Shown one piece after another: positions 27,674-36,101 of a stretch of 64,000 bases of DNA. The notes under the pieces are model-generated. The model saw only the letters and a list, made by a program, of their open reading frames with translations. It made no database searches and had not been told where the DNA came from. The stretch spans positions 1,871-65,870 of the forward strand of contig JAEDLK010000005.1 of the NCBI GenBank assembly GCA_016295355.1, given 5' to 3'. Each line of letters starts with the position of its first letter. The first letter of the stretch is position 1. Both the position numbers and the translations under genes were made by a program. This DNA comes from Clostridiaceae bacterium. Its GTDB lineage: Bacteria; Bacillota; Clostridia; Oscillospirales; Acutalibacteraceae.

Positions 27674-28609
27674 ATGGAATTTGTTCAAAATTTTGGTTGG
27701 TTTTTCCTGGCATTAGCCGCCATGTTTTTTTGGAGCGGCTCTGACCTTTTTTCAAAAATCGGTTGTATGGGTGAAAAAGACCGATACGCCTATCTGAAGA
27801 TGATTACGGCGGTCGGCGTGGTGATGGGTCTGCACGCCTGTTATCAAATCTTTGTAGGCGGTGTGACCATCAACGGCAGCGTTCTGCTGACCTATTTGCC
27901 TGTATCGGCCCTGTATATTGTATCCATGGCCATGGGCTATTTGGGGCTTCATTATATTGAGCTGTCCGTTTCCAGCCCCATTTGCAACTCATCGGGTGCG
28001 ATTGTTGCCGTCCTGACGGCCATCACGGTGGGTATCGGTTCTCTTAATCTGTATCAAAAGTTGGCTGTTGTGGCCGTCTGTTTCGGCGTTATCGGATTGG
28101 GCTTTGTTGAGGCTCATGAGGACGAGGAACTGCGTCGTCGTCGTCAGGAAAAAGGCAACCGTCGCTATGCCAAGAGTGCGTTGGCGTTGGCCTTGCCGAT
28201 TTTGTACTGCGCGTTAGACGCCGTCGGCACCTTTGCCGATAATCGTGTGCTGGAAACATTAGATGAAGACAGCGCCAATGTGGCTTATGAATTAACCTTC
28301 TTGGTCTGTGGCTTGGTCAGCTTATTCTATGTAGCTGTTGTCCGCCGTCAGAAATTTACCATTCGGGAAGAAACCCCGAAATATATCGGAGCCGTATTTG
28401 AAACAGCCGGACAGTTTGCCTATATCTATGCCATTGCAGATACAGAGCATCTGGCCATGACCGCCCCGATGATTTCGGCGTATTGTCTGCTTTCGGTTGT
28501 GTGGGGACGCCTTTTCCTAAAAGAAAGACTTTCGTATAAGCATTATATTATGATTGGCTTGGCCGCCGTAGGCATTGCCGTCTTAGGTTTGTTTGATGAA
28601 GCCGGTTAG
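27674..28609 (+). CDS. EamA/DMT-family transporter
   Basis: About 10 TM segments in two halves separated by a charged loop (EDEELRRRRQEKGNRR). Confidence 0.7.
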   Translation: MEFVQNFGWFFLALAAMFFWSGSDLFSKIGCMGEKDRYAYLKMITAVGVVMGLHACYQIFVGGVTINGSVLLTYLPVSALYIVSMAMGYLGLHYIELSVSSPICNSSGAIVAVLTAITVGIGSLNLYQKLAVVAVCFGVIGLGFVEAHEDEELRRRRQEKGNRRYAKSALALALPILYCALDAVGTFADNRVLETLDEDSANVAYELTFLVCGLVSLFYVAVVRRQKFTIREETPKYIGAVFETAGQFAYIYAIADTEHLAMTAPMISAYCLLSVVWGRLFLKERLSYKHYIMIGLAAVGIAVLGLFDEAG

Positions 28610-28736
28610 TGAACGCCATTATTCCTACAGGCATACGCAAACCCGTTTAGGCGGCTTTACCAAATATATTCATCAAAATGAGGGCTCACACCGACTGCGG
28701 TTTGACCGACAATAAATGAAAGATATGGTGATTCTT

Positions 28737-30137
28737 ATGAAACAATTTATGGACAAAAACTTTTTGCTCGACACCGAAACAGCTGTTCATCTGTATCACA
28801 CCTATGCCGCAAAACAGCCGATTATTGACTACCATTGCCACATCAGCCCCGAAGAAATCGCCAAAGACCGTCATTTTGATAATATCACCCAGCTTTGGTT
28901 GGGCGGTGACCATTACAAATGGCGTCTGATTCGCAGCAACGGCGTGCCGGAGGAGGAAATCACCGGGGACGCAACCGACCGTATTAAATTTCAATGCTTC
29001 GCCGAAACGCTGGAAAAGTGTGTCGGTAACCCGATGTATCATTGGACCCATTTGGAGTTACAACGCTATTTCGGCTACTATGGCGTTTTATCGGGTGAAA
29101 CCGCCGAAGAAGTTTGGAATCTTTGCAATGAAAAGTTAAAGAACATGTCGGTGCGTCAGCTCATTTTAAGCTCCAATGTTCGCTTTATCGGCACCACGGA
29201 TGACCCCATTGACACCTTAGAGTGGCACAAAGCACTGGCCGAGGAAACCGACTTCCCGGTCACGGTTGCTCCCTCCTTTCGACCCGACAAGGCTATCAAT
29301 ATTGATAAGCCGGGCTTTGTCGACTACATGGAACGCCTAAGCGAGACTGTCGGCTATCCGATCGACAGCGTGGCCGATGTTTGCCGTGCTATATCCGATC
29401 GATTGGATTATTTCAAGGCCGTCGGTTGCCGTGCATCAGATCACGGCTTGGATTTTGTCCCCTTCTTAACTGCTGACGAGCATGAGCTTGACAAGATTTT
29501 CAAGACGGCCATGAAGGGTAAGACCATTACCGCGCAAGAGGCCGAACAGTACAAGACCGCCCTTTTGTTACACTGCGCCAAAGAGTACGCCGAGAAGGAC
29601 ATTGTGATGCAGCTTCATTACAATGCCCTGCGTAACCCCAATAGCCGGATGTTTGAAAAACTGGGTCCCGATACCGGTTACGATGTCATCAATTCGGTCT
29701 TCTGCGGCGAAAAAATCTGTGCGTTTCTTGACACACTCGAACAGGAGCATCACCTGCCCAAGACCGTTTTGTACTCGTTGAATCCCTCTGACAACGCCAT
29801 GCTGGACACCATTTTGGGTGCTTTCCAGGGCACCGAGGCAGCAGGAAAGCTACAGCACGGCTCGGCTTGGTGGTTTAATGACCACAAAGCCGGCATGGAA
29901 GCACAGCTCACCTCACTGGCCAACCTGTCGGTACTGGGCAACTTCATCGGTATGTTGACCGATTCCCGGAGCTTCCTGTCCTACACCCGCCATGAGTATT
30001 TCCGACGGATTCTGTGTATGTTTATCGGCCGATTGGTGGAAAACGGTGAATATCCGAATGACGAAAAAGCTCTGCAAAAACTCGTGGAGGGCATCTGCTA
30101 CAAAAACGCAGCCGCTTATTTCGCCATTGAAGGCTGA
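28737..30137 (+). CDS. uxaC: Glucuronate isomerase
   Basis: The N-terminus MKQFMDKNFLLDTETAVHLYH...IIDYHCHI aligns with UxaC. About 466 aa. Confidence 0.9.
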   Translation: MKQFMDKNFLLDTETAVHLYHTYAAKQPIIDYHCHISPEEIAKDRHFDNITQLWLGGDHYKWRLIRSNGVPEEEITGDATDRIKFQCFAETLEKCVGNPMYHWTHLELQRYFGYYGVLSGETAEEVWNLCNEKLKNMSVRQLILSSNVRFIGTTDDPIDTLEWHKALAEETDFPVTVAPSFRPDKAINIDKPGFVDYMERLSETVGYPIDSVADVCRAISDRLDYFKAVGCRASDHGLDFVPFLTADEHELDKIFKTAMKGKTITAQEAEQYKTALLLHCAKEYAEKDIVMQLHYNALRNPNSRMFEKLGPDTGYDVINSVFCGEKICAFLDTLEQEHHLPKTVLYSLNPSDNAMLDTILGAFQGTEAAGKLQHGSAWWFNDHKAGMEAQLTSLANLSVLGNFIGMLTDSRSFLSYTRHEYFRRILCMFIGRLVENGEYPNDEKALQKLVEGICYKNAAAYFAIEG

Positions 30138-30202
30138 CCTTTCTTTAGATACTGTCTAATTCTGCCGCATACTAAAACCGTTTTCCAAAATAATTCTATC
30201 AA

Positions 30203-30244
30203 CAAACCGTCCCTGATGATGAACATTGAGGGACGGTTTGTTTG
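30203..30244 (+). terminator. Terminator of uxaC
   Basis: CAAACCGTCCCT-14 nt-AGGGACGGTTTG followed by TTTG. Confidence 0.65.
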
Positions 30245-30308
30245 TACTTGACAGGTATCATGCCGAATCAAGAGGACAAGCCGTCGCTTATGATCCTCCC
30301 ACATCCAT

Positions 30309-30349
30309 AAAGAAAGCGACCGAAGCAAATTCTTCGGTCGCTTTTTTTA
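30309..30349. terminator. Bidirectional terminator after the immR-immA-membrane protein operon
   Basis: AGCGACCGAAG-6 nt-CTTCGGTCGCT with T-runs on both strands. Confidence 0.7.
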
Positions 30350-30361
30350 TGATGAATTAAC

Positions 30362-31207
30362 TTACAAAACACCTTTAATGAAATGACGGTCAACCCAAAT
30401 AGAGGCGATGATTAAAGCGGCAGCCGTAGATCCGGTGGCCAGTGCATTCATCGGGGATGTAGCCAAAACGGTTAGGGCCGAAAGGCCGTTGAGAACACCA
30501 AAGGCCATTAACCAGCCCTTACCCGCTTTCAATTTATCAATCTGTTCGTAATTGTTCAACACACTGGTACACATGGTTTTCATCATGCGATGAATGGAAT
30601 GATACCCGAAAATGTTGAAAAGGGTTAATATCACCGCCATGAAAAGAAAAACAAAACCGATAGCTACCGAAACCATCGAACCGCCTAACACGAATAGGCC
30701 CGACAACTCTTCTTCGTAGTGTTGTAGCGCTGTCTCAAAGAGCCCGCCGAGAAGAGAGGGCACTGCAAAAAAGATGATGCCAAAAAGTGCCAAAAAGCCG
30801 ACCGCTATCCATAAAAGGATACACAATGCCTTCATAGTTCCGCTAACGCCCTTCATACCGGTCAAATTAACGGTGTTCTTTTGGGCACCGGCAAAGATCA
30901 TCCACAAAAAGATCACAAACAAAAGGCTGATGACATTCAACGAAAGAGATTTGTCGACAGCACTGCTTAAAATGCTTAAACCCAATGCGGTACTCATCAA
31001 AATGCAAACAGCCATGAACAGCTTATCGCGAAAGGCCGATGCAAACCGTCCAACCACACCGATGGATTGCGGCTCTAAACCGGCGGTATCGCACGAGCAG
31101 GCCTGCGCGTCGGCAGTCGGCTCCCCCGGTGCCGAAACGGTTGCCCCGCAGATGGGACAGAACTTACTTTCGTCAGGTATTTCTTTACCACAATTTGAAC
31201 AATACAT
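30362..31207 (-). CDS. Zinc-ribbon domain membrane protein (unknown function)
   Basis: MYCSNCGKEIPDESKFCPICG zinc ribbon followed by about 6 TM helices. AAGGGG RBS before the ATG at 31207. Confidence 0.6.
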   Translation of the reverse strand: MYCSNCGKEIPDESKFCPICGATVSAPGEPTADAQACSCDTAGLEPQSIGVVGRFASAFRDKLFMAVCILMSTALGLSILSSAVDKSLSLNVISLLFVIFLWMIFAGAQKNTVNLTGMKGVSGTMKALCILLWIAVGFLALFGIIFFAVPSLLGGLFETALQHYEEELSGLFVLGGSMVSVAIGFVFLFMAVILTLFNIFGYHSIHRMMKTMCTSVLNNYEQIDKLKAGKGWLMAFGVLNGLSALTVLATSPMNALATGSTAAALIIASIWVDRHFIKGVL

Positions 31208-31221
31208 ACCAAAACCCCTTT

Positions 31222-31620
31222 TCAATTTTTATAATAAAGCAATGCTTTATACATAAACTCATTGGTCACACCGAAATAATCCGACAAAGCTGTCAAATCG
31301 CTACGACCGCTCTTGATGGCCATTTTTAATTCATCCAACGGCACCAGTTGGCCAATGGCCCAACTTTCGGCCTTGCGCTCCTGTTTAGCCCGATTGTCCA
31401 ATGTTGAATAGCAGTTATAGAAGGCCTCGGTCTGACAATGACCCAGCTCGTGCGCCAAGCACACCTTCTCCTCACTGGATGAGCATAGGACAGACGGATC
31501 AATGGCTACATAATACTTGCCGCCCAGCTTAAGAGTTAACGCTTTATTTTCCGGCAGAGGAAAACCCTCCACCGCAATCTGGTTATCCTCAGCCATCTTA
31601 TACAACCGATCTGTTTTCAT
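31222..31620 (-). CDS. ImmA/IrrE-family (COG2856) metallopeptidase
   Basis: HEXXH motif (CLAHELGHCQ). About 130 aa. Immediately downstream of, and overlapping, the XRE gene. An alternative start exists at 31596. Confidence 0.8.
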   Translation of the reverse strand: MKTDRLYKMAEDNQIAVEGFPLPENKALTLKLGGKYYVAIDPSVLCSSSEEKVCLAHELGHCQTEAFYNCYSTLDNRAKQERKAESWAIGQLVPLDELKMAIKSGRSDLTALSDYFGVTNEFMYKALLYYKN

Positions 31621-31936
31621 GTTCCCGTTCCTTTATATATTCAGCGTACCGCTTAACCTCATCCCACATGGCGTCGGTCACTTCACCATCGCCCCCAAAC
31701 AGGGCCGCCTTCAGTTGATCCTGGCTGATGCTGTCATGCCCTTCCATTAGGTAATCAACGCTGACGGAAAAATAAGCGGCGATTTTAGAAAGCACGGCAG
31801 CCGACAACGATTTCACCCGGCCGGTCTTAAAATCCGACAAAGTCGCCCGAGGAATCGAGCAATCCCGACAAAGAGCTGTTATGTTGATGCCTGCGTCCCG
31901 ACACAATGACTCAATGCGACCGTAAATACTGTCCAT
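31598..31936 (-). CDS. XRE-family HTH repressor (ImmR/DdrO-like)
   Basis: HTH_3 pattern (ITALCRDCSIPRATLSDFKTGRVKSLSAAVLSKIAAYFSVSVDYL). Paired with ImmA. Confidence 0.85.
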   Translation of the reverse strand: MDSIYGRIESLCRDAGINITALCRDCSIPRATLSDFKTGRVKSLSAAVLSKIAAYFSVSVDYLMEGHDSISQDQLKAALFGGDGEVTDAMWDEVKRYAEYIKEREHENRSVV

Positions 31937-31994
31937 TTTTCTGTACTCCCACTCCGTTTTTCCAAAAAATTAAGAATTTTTTGCACAAACTCCA

Positions 31995-32023
31995 TTGACA
32001 ATTACGAATTTTCGTAATATAAT
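31995..32023 (+). promoter_or_regulatory. Perfect-consensus sigma-A promoter of the Zn-ribbon/sigma-like/polymerase operon
   Basis: TTGACA (31995..32000), 17-nt spacer, TATAAT (32018..32023). Confidence 0.7.
32001..32018 (+). promoter_or_regulatory. Operator O1 (perfect 8-2-8 palindrome)
   Basis: ATTACGAA-TT-TTCGTAAT fills the promoter spacer exactly. Confidence 0.6.
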
Positions 32024-32031
32024 AGACTTGC

Positions 32032-32049
32032 GTTACGAAATCATGTAAT
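32032..32049 (+). promoter_or_regulatory. Operator O2 (imperfect copy)
   Basis: GTTACGAA-AT-CATGTAAT, 31 nt downstream of the O1 start. Confidence 0.45.
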
Positions 32050-32072
32050 TTTTCCACTTGCAAGTTCATTGT

Positions 32073-32090
32073 ATTACATCATTCCGTAAT
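32073..32090 (+). promoter_or_regulatory. Operator O3 (imperfect copy)
   Basis: ATTACATC-AT-TCCGTAAT, 41 nt downstream of the O2 start. Confidence 0.45.
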
Positions 32091-32124
32091 TGTCAAGAAG
32101 TATTTATAAAACGGAGGAAGTCAC

Positions 32125-32499
32125 TTGTACATTTGCAGGAATTGTCAAAAATCATTCACCTTTGCCCGTATTGTCTTTACAGATGCGATCGACAGTCCGG
32201 GTGTTCGAAAGAAGGTGATGTTATGTCCGTTTTGCGACAGTAGTGATTTTTACGAAAAGAAAGGTGGCTACTGTCGTTGCTGCGGCACTAAAATCAGTTT
32301 GCCGGGTCGGGAATATTGCTCTTCCACCTGTCAAAGAGCCGGCGAAAAACTATGGGAACGACAAAGACAGCGTACCATCGCCCGTCTGACCGACCCGATA
32401 TTGAACGCCGTTGCAGAGGTTGATGCTTATAATCAGCGCACCGGACAAAAACTCAGCTACGGACAATACTTCGCCTTAAAGGGGGCCGGTCATATATGA
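32125..32499 (+). CDS. Cys-rich double zinc-ribbon protein (unknown function)
   Basis: CRNC...CPFC, then CRCCG...CSSTC. TTG start 6 nt after GGAGGA. The C-terminal LSYGQYFALKG tail is reminiscent of small phage/ICE proteins (from memory). Confidence 0.55.
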   Translation: MYICRNCQKSFTFARIVFTDAIDSPGVRKKVMLCPFCDSSDFYEKKGGYCRCCGTKISLPGREYCSSTCQRAGEKLWERQRQRTIARLTDPILNAVAEVDAYNQRTGQKLSYGQYFALKGAGHI

Positions 32500-32816
32500 T
32501 GAATGTTGACGAAAAGCGCCACTACTTAAACCGTTATCCTCTGTTAATCGCCCGTATTGACCGCTTGACCAAGCAAAGTCGCATCAACGCCGATCGAAAA
32601 TCCTTTTACTTTGACGAAATGGCCAAAACAAAACAATTGCGGGATAGCATTGAGGATGCCATTTACGGTATCGGAGACGAACGGGAGCGTGAAATTTTAG
32701 CCCAAAAATATCTGTGCGGCCGCAGCTTAGAGGAAACCGCCGAACTGCTCAATTACAGCAAACGGCAGATTGAACGGCTGCATTTACAGGCGTTAGAGCA
32801 TCTGTGCCCCACCTAA
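32496..32816 (+). CDS. Sigma-70 region-4-like HTH protein (DUF1492/RinA-like)
   Basis: 106 aa. C-terminal EREILAQKYLCGRSLEETAELLNYSKRQIERLHLQAL resembles sigma region 4. ATGA overlap with the upstream ORF. Confidence 0.6.
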   Translation: MMNVDEKRHYLNRYPLLIARIDRLTKQSRINADRKSFYFDEMAKTKQLRDSIEDAIYGIGDEREREILAQKYLCGRSLEETAELLNYSKRQIERLHLQALEHLCPT

Positions 32817-32889
32817 TCCATAAAGGACGGAAACACCATCCAATAAAACCGGCAGGGCAGACTCTGCCGCACACAAACAGGAGTTTATC

Positions 32890-34122
32890 ATGGAAAGAAC
32901 CATTTTGCATTGCGACATGAACAACTTTTTCGCCTCGGTCAGCCTACTATACAACCAAACCCTCATCGGCGAGCCTGTGGCGGTCTGCGGCGATAAAGAA
33001 AACCGTCACGGTATCATCCTGGCCAAAAACGAACTGGCCAAGCAATATGGTGTAAAAACCGCCGAACCGATTTTTGAAGCACAGAGAAAATGTCCGGGGC
33101 TGTACTTACTTCCCCCTCTTTATGAAGAATACGAACGCTTTTCCAAGGCTGCCAAAGCCATTTATCTGCGGTACACCGACCTTGTGGAATCTTTCGGCAT
33201 GGATGAATGTTGGTTGGATGTCACCGGCAGCCGCCTGCTGTTCGGGGACGGTGAAACCATCGCCCGTCGCATCCGTCAGGATATGATTAACGAACTGGGC
33301 GTGAGCGTTTCTGTGGGAATCAGCTTTAATAAGGTCTTTGCCAAATTGGGATCCGATATGAAAAAGCCCAACGGGCAGACGCTCATTACCCGTGAAAACT
33401 TCAAGCAGGTTGTTTGGCCGTTGCCGGTGGAGGATTTGCTGTTTGTCGGCAAGCGAACGGCCGAACAGCTTCGGCGCATCGGCGTGTTAACCATCGGTGA
33501 TTTGGCCATTTGTCCCACCGACACCCTGCAACGGCTTTTTGGAAAAAACGGAATGGCTTTGCATCGGTACGCCTGGGGTAATGACACCGGTACAGTCCAT
33601 AACCATCAATTGACACAACTGCCTAAAAGCATTGGAAGAAGCGAAACCACCGCCGAGGATTTGACCGATGAGGAGGCGGTTTGGCAGGCCTTGCTCTCGT
33701 TCGGTGAGGAGATCGCCCACCATCTGTATCGTTTAGGTCTTTCGGCCGGTGGCATTCAGCTCTGCGTGCGATTTCCCGACTTAAAAACCAAGGAGTATTC
33801 CATGCGATTAAACGAGCCGACGGCGGTGGGGCTTTCCCTGGCCAAAGCCGGCATGGAGCTATATCATCGCCATTCACCGGGAGTATGCCGTTCGGTCGGC
33901 CTTCGTGCCACCCTGCTTTGCTCCAATACCGACGCCGTGCAAACCGGCCTTTTTGACAATGAAGCAGAGCAAAAAAAAGAGTGTTTAGGACAGGAGATCA
34001 TTCGTCTGAAGGAACGTTACGGGACTCATATCATTGACCGCGGCACCGTTTGGCAACGCCAAACACGGCGTTCACCGTCCGGCTCTCTGTCGTTTGGCCG
34101 CGGACCGTTCAAGCGCTCGTAA
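32890..34122 (+). CDS. Y-family DNA polymerase (DinB/UmuC-like)
   Basis: Motifs HCDMNNFFASV, MDECWLDVTG and SVGISFNKVFAKLGSDMKKPNG. Confidence 0.9.
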   Translation: MERTILHCDMNNFFASVSLLYNQTLIGEPVAVCGDKENRHGIILAKNELAKQYGVKTAEPIFEAQRKCPGLYLLPPLYEEYERFSKAAKAIYLRYTDLVESFGMDECWLDVTGSRLLFGDGETIARRIRQDMINELGVSVSVGISFNKVFAKLGSDMKKPNGQTLITRENFKQVVWPLPVEDLLFVGKRTAEQLRRIGVLTIGDLAICPTDTLQRLFGKNGMALHRYAWGNDTGTVHNHQLTQLPKSIGRSETTAEDLTDEEAVWQALLSFGEEIAHHLYRLGLSAGGIQLCVRFPDLKTKEYSMRLNEPTAVGLSLAKAGMELYHRHSPGVCRSVGLRATLLCSNTDAVQTGLFDNEAEQKKECLGQEIIRLKERYGTHIIDRGTVWQRQTRRSPSGSLSFGRGPFKRS

Positions 34123-34256
34123 AAAAGCCCCTTGGGCGGTATAATACAGAGATAGGCTGGCTTTTTCCTACACGAAGGGCATTACACCGCACAGCACAAT
34201 CCATCCCTATGCCGTTCCGCTCTTATCGGGATAATTCTTGTATTGATTTCATATAA

Positions 34257-34285
34257 ATAACCGACAGAAACCTGTCGGTTATTTT
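34257..34285 (+). terminator. Terminator after the polymerase operon
   Basis: TAACCGACAG-AAAC-CTGTCGGTTA followed by TTTTT. Confidence 0.7.
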
Positions 34286-34309
34286 TCATCATGATAAGGA
34301 GTGACCTTC

Positions 34310-34729
34310 ATGGTACAAGACGAGACTATGCTGGACCAAGAGCAAGCCGGTCCTTTGGACTCCTTCGGAGAGCTGATTGTGGTACTAACTCATTCAAAAG
34401 GCAATTATCCCCTGCCGGGTGGGGTGGTAACGGTTTACACACAAAGCGGTCAAACCATTGCTTCAGCCATAACCGACCAAAGCGGTCGCACCGCTCCCTT
34501 ACGGTTGGCGACACCCGCACGATCGGCCTCGCTGACCCCCGGCGGCACCCGGAATCAAGTGGCCGCTTACTATACGGTTCAAGCCTCAGCAGAGGATTAT
34601 CTCACCGCTGTCATCCCCAACATTCCTGTTTTTTCGGGCGTTTCCTCCATTCAAAACTTGGATCTTGTATATGGCGAATCAGTTGAAACGACCCTGCCGA
34701 TACAAAGCAGCACAGAGCCCACCCCTTAG
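34310..34729 (+). CDS. Carboxypeptidase-regulatory-like domain protein
   Basis: Beta-rich segment GGVVTVYTQSGQTIASAITDQSGRT. AAGGAG 8 nt before the ATG at 34310. Weak assignment. Confidence 0.45.
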   Translation: MVQDETMLDQEQAGPLDSFGELIVVLTHSKGNYPLPGGVVTVYTQSGQTIASAITDQSGRTAPLRLATPARSASLTPGGTRNQVAAYYTVQASAEDYLTAVIPNIPVFSGVSSIQNLDLVYGESVETTLPIQSSTEPTP

Positions 34730-34742
34730 AAAGGAGCTGCCT

Positions 34743-36101
34743 ATGCCTGTCATCACCCCGGTTATCCCCACCAATATCACGGTTCATTTGGGAGCGCCCG
34801 ATGCTCCTGCCGAGAATATCACGGTACCCTACACAACCTATCTGAAAAATGTGGCCTCGGGTGAAATCTATCCGACCTGGCCTGAGGAATCCTTAAAGGC
34901 CAATATTTACGCCATCAACAATTTTGCTCTTAATCGCATTTACACCGAATGGTACCCATCCAAAGGCTACCCGTTCGACATCACTTCCACCACAGCCTAT
35001 GACCAAAGCTTTGCCAAGAACCGAGAGGTTTTTGAAAACATCTCACAGCTCGTTGATGAGCAGTTTAACAACTATATTGTGCGCCAAGGCGAGGTGCAAC
35101 CGCTGTTTACACCGTTCTGTAACGGCACAACCTCAACCTGTCCCGGTCTTTCTCAATGGGGCACGGTGACGCTGGCTGATCAGGGAAAGACTGCCTTTGA
35201 AATTCTGCAGTATTACTACGGTGACAATATCACACCGGTTTCCAATGCGCCGGTGCAAAACATAGAGCCGTCCTATCCGGGAAGACCCTTGCGTATAGGC
35301 GATGCCGAGAATGCCGTGGCGGTCCTGCAAAACGAGCTGAACCGTATTCGGCAAAATTTTCCGGCCATTCCCCTTATTCCGGATGTTTTCGGCATTTTTG
35401 ACGATGCAACCGAGTCGGCCGTGCGTTCCTTTCAGCAAATTTTCAATTTGCCGGTTAACGGAACAGTGGATAAGGCCACCTGGTATAGAATTAAAGAAGT
35501 GTATAACGGTGTGAAACGGCTGGGAGAATTAAGCAGTGAGGGGTTGACCTACGCCGAAGCCACTTTGCTATATCCGGAATTGCTGGAGCAGGGCATGAGC
35601 GGGCCGGAGATCGGCACGATTCAGTATTTATTAAATGTGATTGCCTATTTTAATCCCAACATCAATCTATTTCCCATTTCCTATGTTTTTGACACCGATA
35701 CACTCAATGCCGTTAATTTGTTTCAACAGGAATACGGTTTACCCGTGACCGGAAAGGTCGATCAGCCGACCTATGATTTAATTGTCAAAACTTATCGGGA
35801 TATTTTGCGTTCTCAACCGCCCAACTACACCGGCGGGCTGGCTAAGCTATACCCCGGTTATTTTCTGACACCCGGTATGGTGAACACCGATGTCAGAGAT
35901 TTGCAAACCTACCTATCGGTGATCGCCGAAAACAACCCGGAGGTGCCGCCGGTGGCGGTAGACGGCGTCTACGGCCCGGAGACAAGAGACGCCGTTTATG
36001 TGATCCAACGCCTTTACGGACTTCCTTTAACCGGCACTGTCGGCCCACTGACTTGGCGGGCCATTGCCGACGCTTATGATGCTATCATCGTCGGTCAATG
36101 A
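34743..36101 (+). CDS. Peptidoglycan-binding protein (3x PG_binding_1 repeats, SpoIID-like N-terminal region)
   Basis: Three repeats ending in ...FQQIFNLPVNGTVDKATW, ...FQQEYGLPVTGKVDQPTY and ...IQRLYGLPLTGTVGPLTW. N-terminal YLKNVASGEIYPTWPEESLKANIYA. AAGGAG RBS. Confidence 0.7.
   Translation: MPVITPVIPTNITVHLGAPDAPAENITVPYTTYLKNVASGEIYPTWPEESLKANIYAINNFALNRIYTEWYPSKGYPFDITSTTAYDQSFAKNREVFENISQLVDEQFNNYIVRQGEVQPLFTPFCNGTTSTCPGLSQWGTVTLADQGKTAFEILQYYYGDNITPVSNAPVQNIEPSYPGRPLRIGDAENAVAVLQNELNRIRQNFPAIPLIPDVFGIFDDATESAVRSFQQIFNLPVNGTVDKATWYRIKEVYNGVKRLGELSSEGLTYAEATLLYPELLEQGMSGPEIGTIQYLLNVIAYFNPNINLFPISYVFDTDTLNAVNLFQQEYGLPVTGKVDQPTYDLIVKTYRDILRSQPPNYTGGLAKLYPGYFLTPGMVNTDVRDLQTYLSVIAENNPEVPPVAVDGVYGPETRDAVYVIQRLYGLPLTGTVGPLTWRAIADAYDAIIVGQ

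Noticed and set aside
30245-30314. Possible small RNA between the two terminators downstream of uxaC
   Set aside because: Each hairpin is adequately explained as the terminator of one of the two convergent transcription units. The TTGACA at 30249 has no matching -10 box.
30138-34309. Intact prophage or ICE around the ImmR/ImmA module
   Set aside because: There is no integrase, recombinase, relaxase, terminase or structural gene. The only flanking similarity is an 8-nt match (ATAATTCT), which is too short to call att sites. At most it is a remnant.
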